Shown: in pieces, positions 27,803 through 35,865 of the stretch
How the letters are laid out: the number at the start of each line of letters is the position of its first letter
Numbering within the stretch: position 1 is the stretch's first letter
Assembly (NCBI GenBank): GCA_038250865.1
Contig: JBBSBW010000025.1
Span: forward strand, 11,809 to 75,808
DNA length: 64,000 bases
DNA from: Thermoanaerobaculia bacterium
Lineage (GTDB): Bacteria; Acidobacteriota; Thermoanaerobaculia; Multivoradales; UBA5704
Direction of reading: 5' to 3'
Program-made: the position numbers and the translations under genes
The notes under the pieces: model-generated
The model's database searches: none
The model's input: the letters and a program-made list of their open reading frames with translations, nothing else
Told to the model about the DNA's origin: nothing

Positions 27803-30397
27803 TCAACGCTCCCCTTCGAGCGAGCAGCCGTCGAGGGAGTCCGGCATCCCCTGGCCGAGCGCGCGACCGGCGGCCGGCTGGCCGATCGGCTGACCGGGCG
27901 GAATCTCCGGCGCCGATTCGACCGGCCGGTCGAGCGTTTCGGCACGGTGGAAGAACCGTTCGATCTCGCGCACCAGATGGCCGAAATAGGCGCGCTCCTC
28001 GGCCGGGTCGCTTCCCGGGATCGGCCGGCGCGCCAGGTTGGAAAGGGCCGCTTCGACCCGCGCCCTCACTCCCGTAGGAGCGGCAGGATTGCCCGCGAGG
28101 CCGATCAGACGCGCCACGGCGACCCCTTCGACCGTCCGTTGAATCTCCGCCAGGCGCGGCGAGCCGCCGCCGGAAAAACTCGCGGCGATGATTTTGTCCA
28201 TCACCTCTTCGAGGCCCGGTAACGACGGATCGCGGCGGTGCTGATCGACCAGGCGCGCGGCCCGTTCGGGCGCAAGCAGGTCGCTGAGGGCGAAATCCGC
28301 CGCGGTGGCCGCCGCGCCGAGCGGATCGAAGATCGGCGAGGAATCGCCGCGGAAGGTCTCGACCGATGCCCTCACTTCGGGGGGGCGCGGCGGCAGCAGG
28401 GCGAGGATCGAATCCGGCAGATCCAGCTCGACGGGCGCAATCGCCGAAAGCACCGCGGCGAGCGCCCGCCGTTGATCGACCGCCGGCACCGGCCGAACGG
28501 GTGCCTGGCCGTCGCCCGGCACGACGTATTCGTAGGTGGCGCCGCCGACGCTTTTCGCCGCCGCTTCGAGCTGATAGCGGGGGTGGAAGTAGACCGGGGC
28601 GAGGACGTCGTTGAGCAGGGCGAGCGGCCGGTCGGCGCCCAGGTTGCCGAGCCCGAAATGCGCCAGCGCGATCCGCCGCACCTTCACCGCATTTTCCAGG
28701 CCGGCGATCGGATCGGCGCCGTTGTCCCAAAGGTTCGCGAGCGGGTGGGACGAACCGAGCGGACGCGCGTCCTGATCGGAGAGGTAAACCATGCCGCGCG
28801 AGAGCGTCTCGGCAACGATTCCAGAAAGTCCCGCGTCCTCCTGCTCGGGCGTGAACTCCGAGTAGAGATACTTGATCGCCTGAATGTCCCAGGCGCCGAT
28901 CCCCTTCGCATAGGCGTCCGAAAGATCGAGGTCGCCCGTCGGGGTGACCTTCACCTGCGGCGCCGGGTAGTCCATCACCGAAGCCCGGCCGTAGGTCGAG
29001 GCGGCGAAGTTGTGCGACAACCCCAAGGAGTGGCCGACCTCGTGCGCCGCGAGCTGGCGAATGCGGGCGAGCGACAGCTGGATCGGATCGGCGGCCCCTC
29101 CGCTTCCGGTACCCGAGGCGCCGATCAGGCCCTCGAACAGCAGCCGGTCCTGGCGCACCCGCTGCGAACCGAGCAGGACGTGACCATTGATCATCTCTCC
29201 TGTGCGCGGGTCGATCGCGCCGCCGCCGTACGACCAGCCGCGGGTCGAGCGATGGACCCACTGGATCACGTTGTAGCGCGCGTCGAGCGGGTCGATGCCC
29301 TCGGGCAGCACCTCGACCCGGAATCCATCGATGAATCCCGCCGCCTCAAACGCCTCCTTCCACCAGCTCGCCCCTTCGACCAACGCGCTCCGCACCGGCT
29401 CCGGCGCGCCGTTGTCGACGTAGTAGACGAGCGGCTCTTTCACCTTCGAGCGCGCCGCGGTCGGGTCGATCTTCTGCAGCCGGTGGCGTGCGGCGAAGTT
29501 GCCTTCAAGCGGGCTCCCAAGCGGCACGGCGAAGTCGAAAAAGTCGACCGAGAAGTGACCCATCCGGGGATCGAATTTGCGCGGCCGAAACCCCGCATCC
29601 GGAAGGGCGACCAGCGACTGGTGGGCGGTGAGAGTGACGGCGCGATCCCCCTGCGGGCCGGGGCTCACCTCGCGGACGAGCGGGCCCGCGCCACTCGACT
29701 GGAAGGTCAGCAGCGCGGACAGCTCGACGTTCTTCTCGAACACCTTGCAGCCGTCGAGATCGACCGCGCTCCGCCCCGCATCGAGCGACCAGGAGCCTTG
29801 CCGTGCGACCGCCATCGTGGCCGCTGCGCCGTGCGAGTCGCGTAACAGGAAACCGGTAAGGTCGATCAACGTCCGGCCGTCTTTATCTTCCGCTTCGATC
29901 GGCGCGGCCCAGAGCACCGACGTGGCGAACGACTCGGCGACCGCCCGCCGTTCCGCCGGGTTGTCGGAGGGGACGAGAGCCCCGGCGCGGAACTGAAAGT
30001 TCGGCAGCTCGAACAGAATCCGGCCGCCGACGCGCCGGATGTCCAAAATCTGAGCATCCGAGACCTGGCCGCGATCGAGACCGACCGGATTCGAACCGAG
30101 CCCCGAGCCGAGCGATTCGACATAGAGATAACCGCCGACCCGGCCACCCGGACCGCTGGGAGCGGGCAGCACGAGCCAGACCTTGCCCGTCTTCTTGTCG
30201 AGATAGAGGTCGAGCAGGCCCGCGCGAGGGTCCAGGCCGGCGATCTTGGCAGCGACAGGCGAGGCCGGGGGAGACGCGGCGGGCGATACGGGAGGAGCGG
30301 TCTGGGCCGGAGGCGCCGCGGTGGCGCAGGCACCGCCCCCCAGCACGGAGAGAAGAACGGCGGCGGGAGCGAGGGATGGGAAAAGGCGTCGGACCAA
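27803..30397 (-). CDS. Secreted zinc-dependent metalloprotease (DUF4953/DUF5117-type, HEXXH)
   Basis: 864 aa, signal/lipobox MVRRLFPSLAPAAVLLSVLGGGAC, zincin motif LAAHEVGHSLGLSHNF, large N-terminal beta-rich region. Confidence 0.8.
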   Translation of the reverse strand: MVRRLFPSLAPAAVLLSVLGGGACATAAPPAQTAPPVSPAASPPASPVAAKIAGLDPRAGLLDLYLDKKTGKVWLVLPAPSGPGGRVGGYLYVESLGSGLGSNPVGLDRGQVSDAQILDIRRVGGRILFELPNFQFRAGALVPSDNPAERRAVAESFATSVLWAAPIEAEDKDGRTLIDLTGFLLRDSHGAAATMAVARQGSWSLDAGRSAVDLDGCKVFEKNVELSALLTFQSSGAGPLVREVSPGPQGDRAVTLTAHQSLVALPDAGFRPRKFDPRMGHFSVDFFDFAVPLGSPLEGNFAARHRLQKIDPTAARSKVKEPLVYYVDNGAPEPVRSALVEGASWWKEAFEAAGFIDGFRVEVLPEGIDPLDARYNVIQWVHRSTRGWSYGGGAIDPRTGEMINGHVLLGSQRVRQDRLLFEGLIGASGTGSGGAADPIQLSLARIRQLAAHEVGHSLGLSHNFAASTYGRASVMDYPAPQVKVTPTGDLDLSDAYAKGIGAWDIQAIKYLYSEFTPEQEDAGLSGIVAETLSRGMVYLSDQDARPLGSSHPLANLWDNGADPIAGLENAVKVRRIALAHFGLGNLGADRPLALLNDVLAPVYFHPRYQLEAAAKSVGGATYEYVVPGDGQAPVRPVPAVDQRRALAAVLSAIAPVELDLPDSILALLPPRPPEVRASVETFRGDSSPIFDPLGAAATAADFALSDLLAPERAARLVDQHRRDPSLPGLEEVMDKIIAASFSGGGSPRLAEIQRTVEGVAVARLIGLAGNPAAPTGVRARVEAALSNLARRPIPGSDPAEERAYFGHLVREIERFFHRAETLDRPVESAPEIPPGQPIGQPAAGRALGQGMPDSLDGCSLEGER

Positions 30398-30522
30398 GGG
30401 GTGTACCTCCTAGAAAACGGGCCGGGCGACTCTATCAGCGGCGCGTTTGACAGCGCGGCGGCCATTGGCCAGAATCGCCGAAATACCCTTCGACATCTTC
30501 CGACGTGCCGCCAGGAGATCGA

Positions 30523-31119
30523 ACCATGAAAATTCGGACCTGCACCCTCGCCGCCTTGCTGATCGCCATCCCCGCCATGGCGCAAAAGGACACCGTCCGT
30601 TCCGGTGCCGCCGCGACCCCGACGATCCGGGCGAGCGAGAACACGGTGATCACCTACACCGGAACGGTCCCGGCGATCTTCACCGGAGCGCTCGACGCTG
30701 ACGACACGACCTACAACCGGCCGGTCGGCGGCTGCACTACGCTCTCCGGCGTCGGCACCGCGGTCCCGGTCGATACGGTGACGATCACCAACAGCTCCCC
30801 CGGCACGGCGAACGTGGTGATCTTTTCGAGCCTGGTCGGCGGCGCGGTCTGCGGCGACGCGAACGACACCTTTTTTACGCTCTACAACGGCGCGTTCAAC
30901 CCGGCCTCGTCGCTCACCAACTGCGTGGCGGTCAACGACGACATCGCGGCTGCCGCCAACCGCTGCAGCACGCTCTCGTTCTCGATCCCGGTCGGCGAAA
31001 CGCGCACCGTGGCGGTCGCCGGCTTCAACAACGCGACGGACCCTACCGGCCTGTTCACCTACCAGATCAACTTCACCGGCACGACGCCGGTCGAGCTCAC
31101 CGACTATTCGGTGAACTAA
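30523..31119 (+). CDS. Secreted hypothetical protein
   Basis: MKIRTCTLAALLIAIPAMAQ signal peptide. Thr/Gly/Asn-rich 198-aa product. Confidence 0.5.
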   Translation, partial: TMKIRTCTLAALLIAIPAMAQKDTVRSGAAATPTIRASENTVITYTGTVPAIFTGALDADDTTYNRPVGGCTTLSGVGTAVPVDTVTITNSSPGTANVVIFSSLVGGAVCGDANDTFFTLYNGAFNPASSLTNCVAVNDDIAAAANRCSTLSFSIPVGETRTVAVAGFNNATDPTGLFTYQINFTGTTPVELTDYSVN

Positions 31120-32200
31120 GCGCGGCGGCCACGCCCTCGCACGCCGCCGGTTTATCGCGTAAGACGTCGCGTAAGACCTCGCGCAAAGCATCGAGCAGGG
31201 CGTCGAGCGCCTCGGGAGCGTGTTCTCCCATCCAGCAGATCTGGAGCCAGTTGCGCCGCACCAGGTAGCCGCTGCGGTAGGAGAGCAGGAACCCCTCACC
31301 CTCCAGCCGCTCGCCGAGGGCGAAGGCGTTCATCCCGGCGGGCGGCAGCAGCGTGAGAACCCAGGGCGCCGCGGTTTCCACCGGCGCCAGGCAAGAGAAA
31401 CCGAGCCGCTCGACGCGCGGTCGAAGATCCGCGGCCAGCCGGGCGCGCTGTCCGTCCTCCGTACCGCCAATCTCCAGCGCGGACCCAAGCGCCGCGAGCA
31501 GGTTGGACGACGCGGTAAACGGCACCCCGCCCTCGCGCGCCCAGAGCCCCAGATCGAGATAGCGCGGCAGGCGTTGCGACGGAGCGATCTCCTCTCGATG
31601 GAACACCAGGCCCAAGCCGGGATAGGCCGCGAGCCCCTTGCCCGAGGTGGCGGTCGCGAGCCAGGCGCCGGAGAGATCGACCGAAGCGTTTCCCACCGAG
31701 CTGATCGCATCGACGCAGAGTTTCGCCCCCCGCCCGCGAGCGAGATCCGCCAACCGGGGAAGGTCGTTCAATACGCCGGTCGAAGTCTCGCAGTGGACCG
31801 CCCAGATCCATTCGATCGGCTCTAGGGTCCGCGACGCCTCGTCGAGCGGCAACGGCTCGCCCCAGTCGGAGCGCAGGGAGGTGAAGGCGAGGCCGAACCG
31901 GCCGGCCTGCTCGATCAGCCGCTCGCCGAACTCGCCGTTGGAAAGCACCAGGCCGCGCCCGGGGAGGAGCGACAGCTGGGCGCCGACGGCATCGTTGGCA
32001 AGCGTTCCGGAACCCACCAGCAGCTGCACGTTCGGCAGGTTGACGAGAGTGCAGAGGCGACGCCGCACCTGGGCCATCTGCGCGTGGAAAGCGGCCGAAC
32101 GGTGGGAGATCGCCGGACCGGCGAACGCCCTCGAAACCTCAGGGTGCACCGGCACGGGACCTGGAAGAAACGAGACGCGGGCGTCCAAGGCGTCGCTCAC
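31097..32200 (-). CDS. Class V aminotransferase (AGXT / serine-pyruvate / 2-aminoethylphosphonate-pyruvate aminotransferase family)
   Basis: GTG start in a GTGA overlap with the upstream GNAT stop. SFLPGPVPVHPEV..., PLP-Lys region TSGKGLAAYPGLGLV. Confidence 0.8.
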   Translation of the reverse strand: MSDALDARVSFLPGPVPVHPEVSRAFAGPAISHRSAAFHAQMAQVRRRLCTLVNLPNVQLLVGSGTLANDAVGAQLSLLPGRGLVLSNGEFGERLIEQAGRFGLAFTSLRSDWGEPLPLDEASRTLEPIEWIWAVHCETSTGVLNDLPRLADLARGRGAKLCVDAISSVGNASVDLSGAWLATATSGKGLAAYPGLGLVFHREEIAPSQRLPRYLDLGLWAREGGVPFTASSNLLAALGSALEIGGTEDGQRARLAADLRPRVERLGFSCLAPVETAAPWVLTLLPPAGMNAFALGERLEGEGFLLSYRSGYLVRRNWLQICWMGEHAPEALDALLDALREVLRDVLRDKPAACEGVAAALSSPNSR

Positions 32201-32760
32201 GGCGCCCCTTCCCCAAGCTTCCTGGCCGAAGGCGCCAGGTCGTCCCAGGTGACGTACATCGCCCGATAGGGAGCCTTGGGGGTGCCGATCGGCGGCCCGA
32301 ACGTTTGGAACCCAAGATGGCGGTACAGCTTCCCCTGGCGCTCGGTGCCGGAGATTACCGCCAGATCGATCCCCTCGGACCGGCCGTGCTCGATCACGCA
32401 GCCCAGCAGCCCGCCGAACACCGCGCCTTGCCGCCGTTCTGGCTCGACGCAGAGCAGCCGGACTTCGCAAGCCCGGGCGTGAGGCGGCAGGTACGAGTCG
32501 AGATCCGGCACCTTGCCATCGAGCGAAAACGGCCGCTTCGAGGAGATCGCCACCATCCCGACCACCCGCTCTTCCGCCACCGCCACGAACGCGACGCTGT
32601 CGGCCAAGCGGGCATCGATCAGACGGCGGTCGGGCCGTTCGGCATGTTGCGGAATCTCTTCGGCAAAGGTTCGATGGTTGAGCCGATACACCTGATCAAG
32701 CTCCCAAGGCTCGGTCAGGCGCTTCCAGATCACACCGGGCGGGGCGGCGATCAGGCTCAT
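32197..32760 (-). CDS. GNAT-family N-acetyltransferase
   Basis: VAFVAVAEERVVGMVAI...RLLCVEPERRQGAVFGGLLGCVIEHGRSEG is the acetyl-CoA-binding motif region (R/Q-x-x-G-x-G/A). Confidence 0.75.
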   Translation of the reverse strand: MSLIAAPPGVIWKRLTEPWELDQVYRLNHRTFAEEIPQHAERPDRRLIDARLADSVAFVAVAEERVVGMVAISSKRPFSLDGKVPDLDSYLPPHARACEVRLLCVEPERRQGAVFGGLLGCVIEHGRSEGIDLAVISGTERQGKLYRHLGFQTFGPPIGTPKAPYRAMYVTWDDLAPSARKLGEGAP

Positions 32761-32829
32761 GGTCGGTCCCTCAGTATAGCCTGCCGGTTCCTTGTCGGAT
32801 CGACCGATTTGTTCTATAAATGGCCTGGA

Positions 32830-34035
32830 ATGCAGAGTTTCGCCATACCCCAACATCCCGTAGCCACCACCGACAAGCCATTTTCGTCCCTGGGGCTCTC
32901 CCCCTCGATCCTCAAGATTGTCGAGCAGATCGGGTTCCTCTACCCGACGCCGATTCAGTCCGAGGTCATCCCGCTCGCGCTCTCCGGACGCGACCTGATC
33001 GGCCTTGCCGCGACCGGCTCGGGCAAAACCGCCGCGTTCAGCCTGCCGCTCGCCGAAAGGCTCTCGCACGGCAAGGGCTTGCGCGGGTTGATCCTCTCGC
33101 CCACCCGCGAGCTGGCGCTCCAGACCAAGGCGTTCATGGACCTGTTCGGCCAGGACCGGCACCTCGACACCGCCTGCCTGATCGGCGGCGTCCGCATGGG
33201 GCCGCAGTTCGAGGCGCTGAAACGCGGTCCCGACGTGGTGGTCGCAACGCCCGGCCGCCTGCTCGACCACATCGAACGTCGAACCCTCAAGCTCGACGCG
33301 ATCGAAGAGCTGGTGCTCGACGAAGCCGACCACATGCTCGATCTCGGCTTTCTGCCGCAGGTGCAGGAGATCCTCTCCCTGCTGCCGAAGGAGCGTCACA
33401 CGATGCTCTTTTCGGCCACCATGCCGCCGCCGATCGAACGCCTGACCAAGATGTTCCTCTCCGATCCGCTGCGGGTGGACATCCTGCCCGAAGGGGGCGC
33501 CGCGACCGGCCTCACCCACCGGGTCTACATGGTGGCGGACGAAGACAAGAAGGCCTGCCTCTACGCGCTGCTCCACCTGAACCTCGGCCGGACCCTGATC
33601 TTCATCCGCCGGAAGAGCGACGCCGAGTGGCTGACCTCCGTCCTCGAACGCGAAGGCTTCAGCGTCGGAAGAATCCACGCCGACCTGACCCAGGGCCAGC
33701 GGGTCCTCGAACTAAAGAGCTTCCGCGAAGGCAAGACTCGAATCCTGGTCGCCACCGGAGTGGCAGGCCGCGGAATCGACATCCCGGAAATCGAGCACGT
33801 CATCCACTTCGACCTGCCCGAAAAAGTCGACGACTACATCCACCGAGCCGGCCGGACCGGCCGCGGAGCCATGACCGGCCTGGTCTCCTCGATCGTCACC
33901 TGGCAAGACAAGCCGACGATCAAAGAGATCGAGAGCACGATCGGCTTGGAGATCCCCCGCTGCACCCTGCCCGGCGTGGAACCGTGGGTGGAGCTGAAGC
34001 CGAAAACGACGATCCGGCGGCGGATGTTGCGGTAG
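32830..34035 (+). CDS. DEAD-box ATP-dependent RNA helicase
   Basis: Q-motif FSSLGLSPSILK, AATGSGKTAAF, PTRELA, DEAD (VLDEADHMLD), SAT, HRAGRTGR. Confidence 0.9.
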   Translation: MQSFAIPQHPVATTDKPFSSLGLSPSILKIVEQIGFLYPTPIQSEVIPLALSGRDLIGLAATGSGKTAAFSLPLAERLSHGKGLRGLILSPTRELALQTKAFMDLFGQDRHLDTACLIGGVRMGPQFEALKRGPDVVVATPGRLLDHIERRTLKLDAIEELVLDEADHMLDLGFLPQVQEILSLLPKERHTMLFSATMPPPIERLTKMFLSDPLRVDILPEGGAATGLTHRVYMVADEDKKACLYALLHLNLGRTLIFIRRKSDAEWLTSVLEREGFSVGRIHADLTQGQRVLELKSFREGKTRILVATGVAGRGIDIPEIEHVIHFDLPEKVDDYIHRAGRTGRGAMTGLVSSIVTWQDKPTIKEIESTIGLEIPRCTLPGVEPWVELKPKTTIRRRMLR

Positions 34036-34253
34036 GTCGTTTCCCACCCGCCAGCGTCGGCAAGCCCCACACACACACAAGCCGAGCCGTCCTCCCCCCT
34101 CGTCAGCCCGAGCGAGAGCGAGGGATCTGCGTGGGCGGGCGGCCTTGAATCCCTTCGCCGCCATGGGATCTGCGCCACCCGCCTCCCAGATTCCTCGCTC
34201 ACGCTCGGAATGACGGATGAAGGAACTCCCTTATTTCCGGGGTATCCTTCCCT

Positions 34254-34425
34254 TTATGTAGCTCGTCGCGAGAAATCCGTTTTTTTGAGGAACGCGATCA
34301 CCTGTTCGCGAGAAACCGTCGGAAAGCCTTCGAGGAAATCGTCGATCGACTCACCGGCCTCAATATAGTCGAGCGCGGTCTGAACCGGCACTCGCGTCCC
34401 AGTAAAAACGGGAACTCCTCCCATG
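34254..34425 (-). CDS. Short DUF433-family protein (orphan antitoxin-like)
   Basis: MGGVPVFTGTRVPVQTALDYIEAGESIDDFLEGFPTVSREQVIAFLKK matches the DUF433 core. 56 aa, in-frame upstream stop at 34459. Not in the ORF track (below the length cut-off). Confidence 0.45.
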
Positions 34426-34559
34426 ACGTCGGGACTACATAGAGACGGTCGGCTGCTTCATGGGCGAAGATTAGCGTCGAAGGACCAGCCCGCGCAACGC
34501 GAATGCTGGAGAGCAATGGCAAGAGCAGCTGGCGAGAGCACCGGAGAACAAACGACGCC

Positions 34560-34850
34560 ATGACGATTGAGATATCCGCCTACATCGAAGAGAGCCTTCG
34601 TGACCTCGCCGATCGCCAGGGCCGGGACATGCACGACCTAGTGGAAGAAGCCCTTCGAGATTACGTCGAGGCTGCCCACATCACAGACCCGACGAGCGCA
34701 GAGGTTGCCGAGACTCAGCTTGCACTACTCGGCGAGCTTAAGGGGATTCCGGAGTGGAAAGACGACGGTGACTCCAAGCAATTGGCGGGCGGCGAGCAGG
34801 CCACGGATGACGTAACTCCCCCCTTGACACCGCCCCCACCCCAGGGGTAG
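34560..34850 (+). CDS. Small RHH/CopG-like protein (putative)
   Basis: MTIEISAYIEESLRDLADRQGRDMHDLVEEALRDYVEAAH. The low-complexity C-terminal tail overlaps the antisense repeat ORF. Confidence 0.4.
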   Translation: MTIEISAYIEESLRDLADRQGRDMHDLVEEALRDYVEAAHITDPTSAEVAETQLALLGELKGIPEWKDDGDSKQLAGGEQATDDVTPPLTPPPPQG

Positions 34851-35408
34851 CGTTTCTTCCGTCATGTCCCGGTTCCGTCTCTCCGCTTTGCGGGGGGCTC
34901 CGGGGGAGTCGCTGGCGCTTTCCGTGATTCGATGGTTGTTGTCCGTCGCTTCGCGCAAACCGCTCGCCCATTCCTCCAGCCTGTCCGCCTTTTTCTGGAA
35001 GCCTTCCTCGGCTTCGCGGAAGCCGTGCGCGTTAACGCGGAACGTTTCCGCGGACTCGCAATTCGATTCCGCGAATCGGCGGACGGCTTTCGTGAATTGC
35101 CGGACGGCTTTCGCCGATCGCCGGAAGCCGTTCGACAGTTGCCGGACGCTGTCCGCCGCTTGCTGGAAGCTCTCCGACATTCGCCGGATGCCTTTCGACA
35201 TTCGCCGGATGCCTTTCGACAATCGGCGGACGCCTTCCGTCGATTGCTGGAAGGCGTCCGCGGATCGTCGCGGGCCTTCCACGGATCGCTTTTTCTTCCT
35301 GCCTACCACCGCTCGGCCACCGCCGACGGCCACGGATAATCCTCTTCCCTGTCCGCAACTCTCGCCCCGTGGCACCGCTCGGCGCGTGGCGCGTCGAGCC
35401 TCATTCAA
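34725..35408 (-). CDS. Possible repeat protein (9-aa units, ..KGIRRMS / ..FRxAxEx) encoded by a 27-nt imperfect tandem array; coding strand uncertain
   Basis: Minus frame gives FQQSTEGVRRLSKGIRRMSKGIRRMSESFQQAADSVRQLSNGFRRSAKAVRQFTKAVRRFAES... (amphipathic-helix-like). The plus frames are also open (ORFs 34864..35496, 34932..35339). Confidence 0.3.
   Translation of the reverse strand: MNEARRATRRAVPRGESCGQGRGLSVAVGGGRAVVGRKKKRSVEGPRRSADAFQQSTEGVRRLSKGIRRMSKGIRRMSESFQQAADSVRQLSNGFRRSAKAVRQFTKAVRRFAESNCESAETFRVNAHGFREAEEGFQKKADRLEEWASGLREATDNNHRITESASDSPGAPRKAERRNRDMTEETLPLGWGRCQGGSYVIRGLLAARQLLGVTVVFPLRNPLKLAE
34990..35290. repeat. 27-nt imperfect tandem repeat array (~11 units)
   Basis: ttgccggacggctttcg.. 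/ ttcgccggatgcctttcgaca units; two exact 27-nt copies at 35174 and 35201. Confidence 0.8.
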
Positions 35409-35422
35409 AAGGAGATACGACC

Positions 35423-35818
35423 GTGTCCTACAAGAACTTTGCCTCTTCCCTACTCTCCTGCGGCGACCTGCTCGCGGGTTTGCAAAAGAACCGTGAGGAG
35501 CTGCAGTTCCTCGTCGAAGCGACGGATCGCCTGGCCGCGAGCGTCACCGAAATGCGGGATCTGGAATCGCGCAAACAGCAGCTCCAGTCCGAGCTGGCGA
35601 TGGCGACCCATCGCCGTCAAGAACTCGAAGCGACGAGCGTCGACGAACACCGCCGGCTCGTTCGCATCCTGCAGGGGCATTTCACCCTCTACTCCGACCG
35701 CCTGCGGGAGTTCGGTCTGCGGCCGCGGACGAAGTCGGCTCGCAAAACCGCCACACCCGCACCGACCCCGCCTAAACTGGCGCCGACGAGCCCGACGGTT
35801 GCGGAAGCCGAGGCGTAA
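35423..35818 (+). CDS. Hypothetical coiled-coil protein
   Basis: GTG start after AAAAGGAGATACGACC. VSYKNFASSLLSCGDLLAGLQKNREELQFLVEATDRLAASVTEMRDLESRKQQLQSELAMATHRRQELE. Confidence 0.45.
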   Translation: MSYKNFASSLLSCGDLLAGLQKNREELQFLVEATDRLAASVTEMRDLESRKQQLQSELAMATHRRQELEATSVDEHRRLVRILQGHFTLYSDRLREFGLRPRTKSARKTATPAPTPPKLAPTSPTVAEAEA

Positions 35819-35865
35819 GGGGAACTACGTTTAGGGATATAGGGGCGGCAGCGCGGCGGCCGCCC

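Noticed and set aside
26940-29261. 773-aa minus-strand ORF
   Set aside because: Only the C-terminal 285 aa (from MASSLAVSL) form the glutaminyl cyclase. The upstream 480 aa are an out-of-frame read through the metalloprotease gene (Arg/Gly/Pro-rich).
34298-34561. 87-aa minus ORF from the track
   Set aside because: Shifted frame of the same DNA that encodes the short DUF433 protein (34254..34425), which has the recognisable motif.
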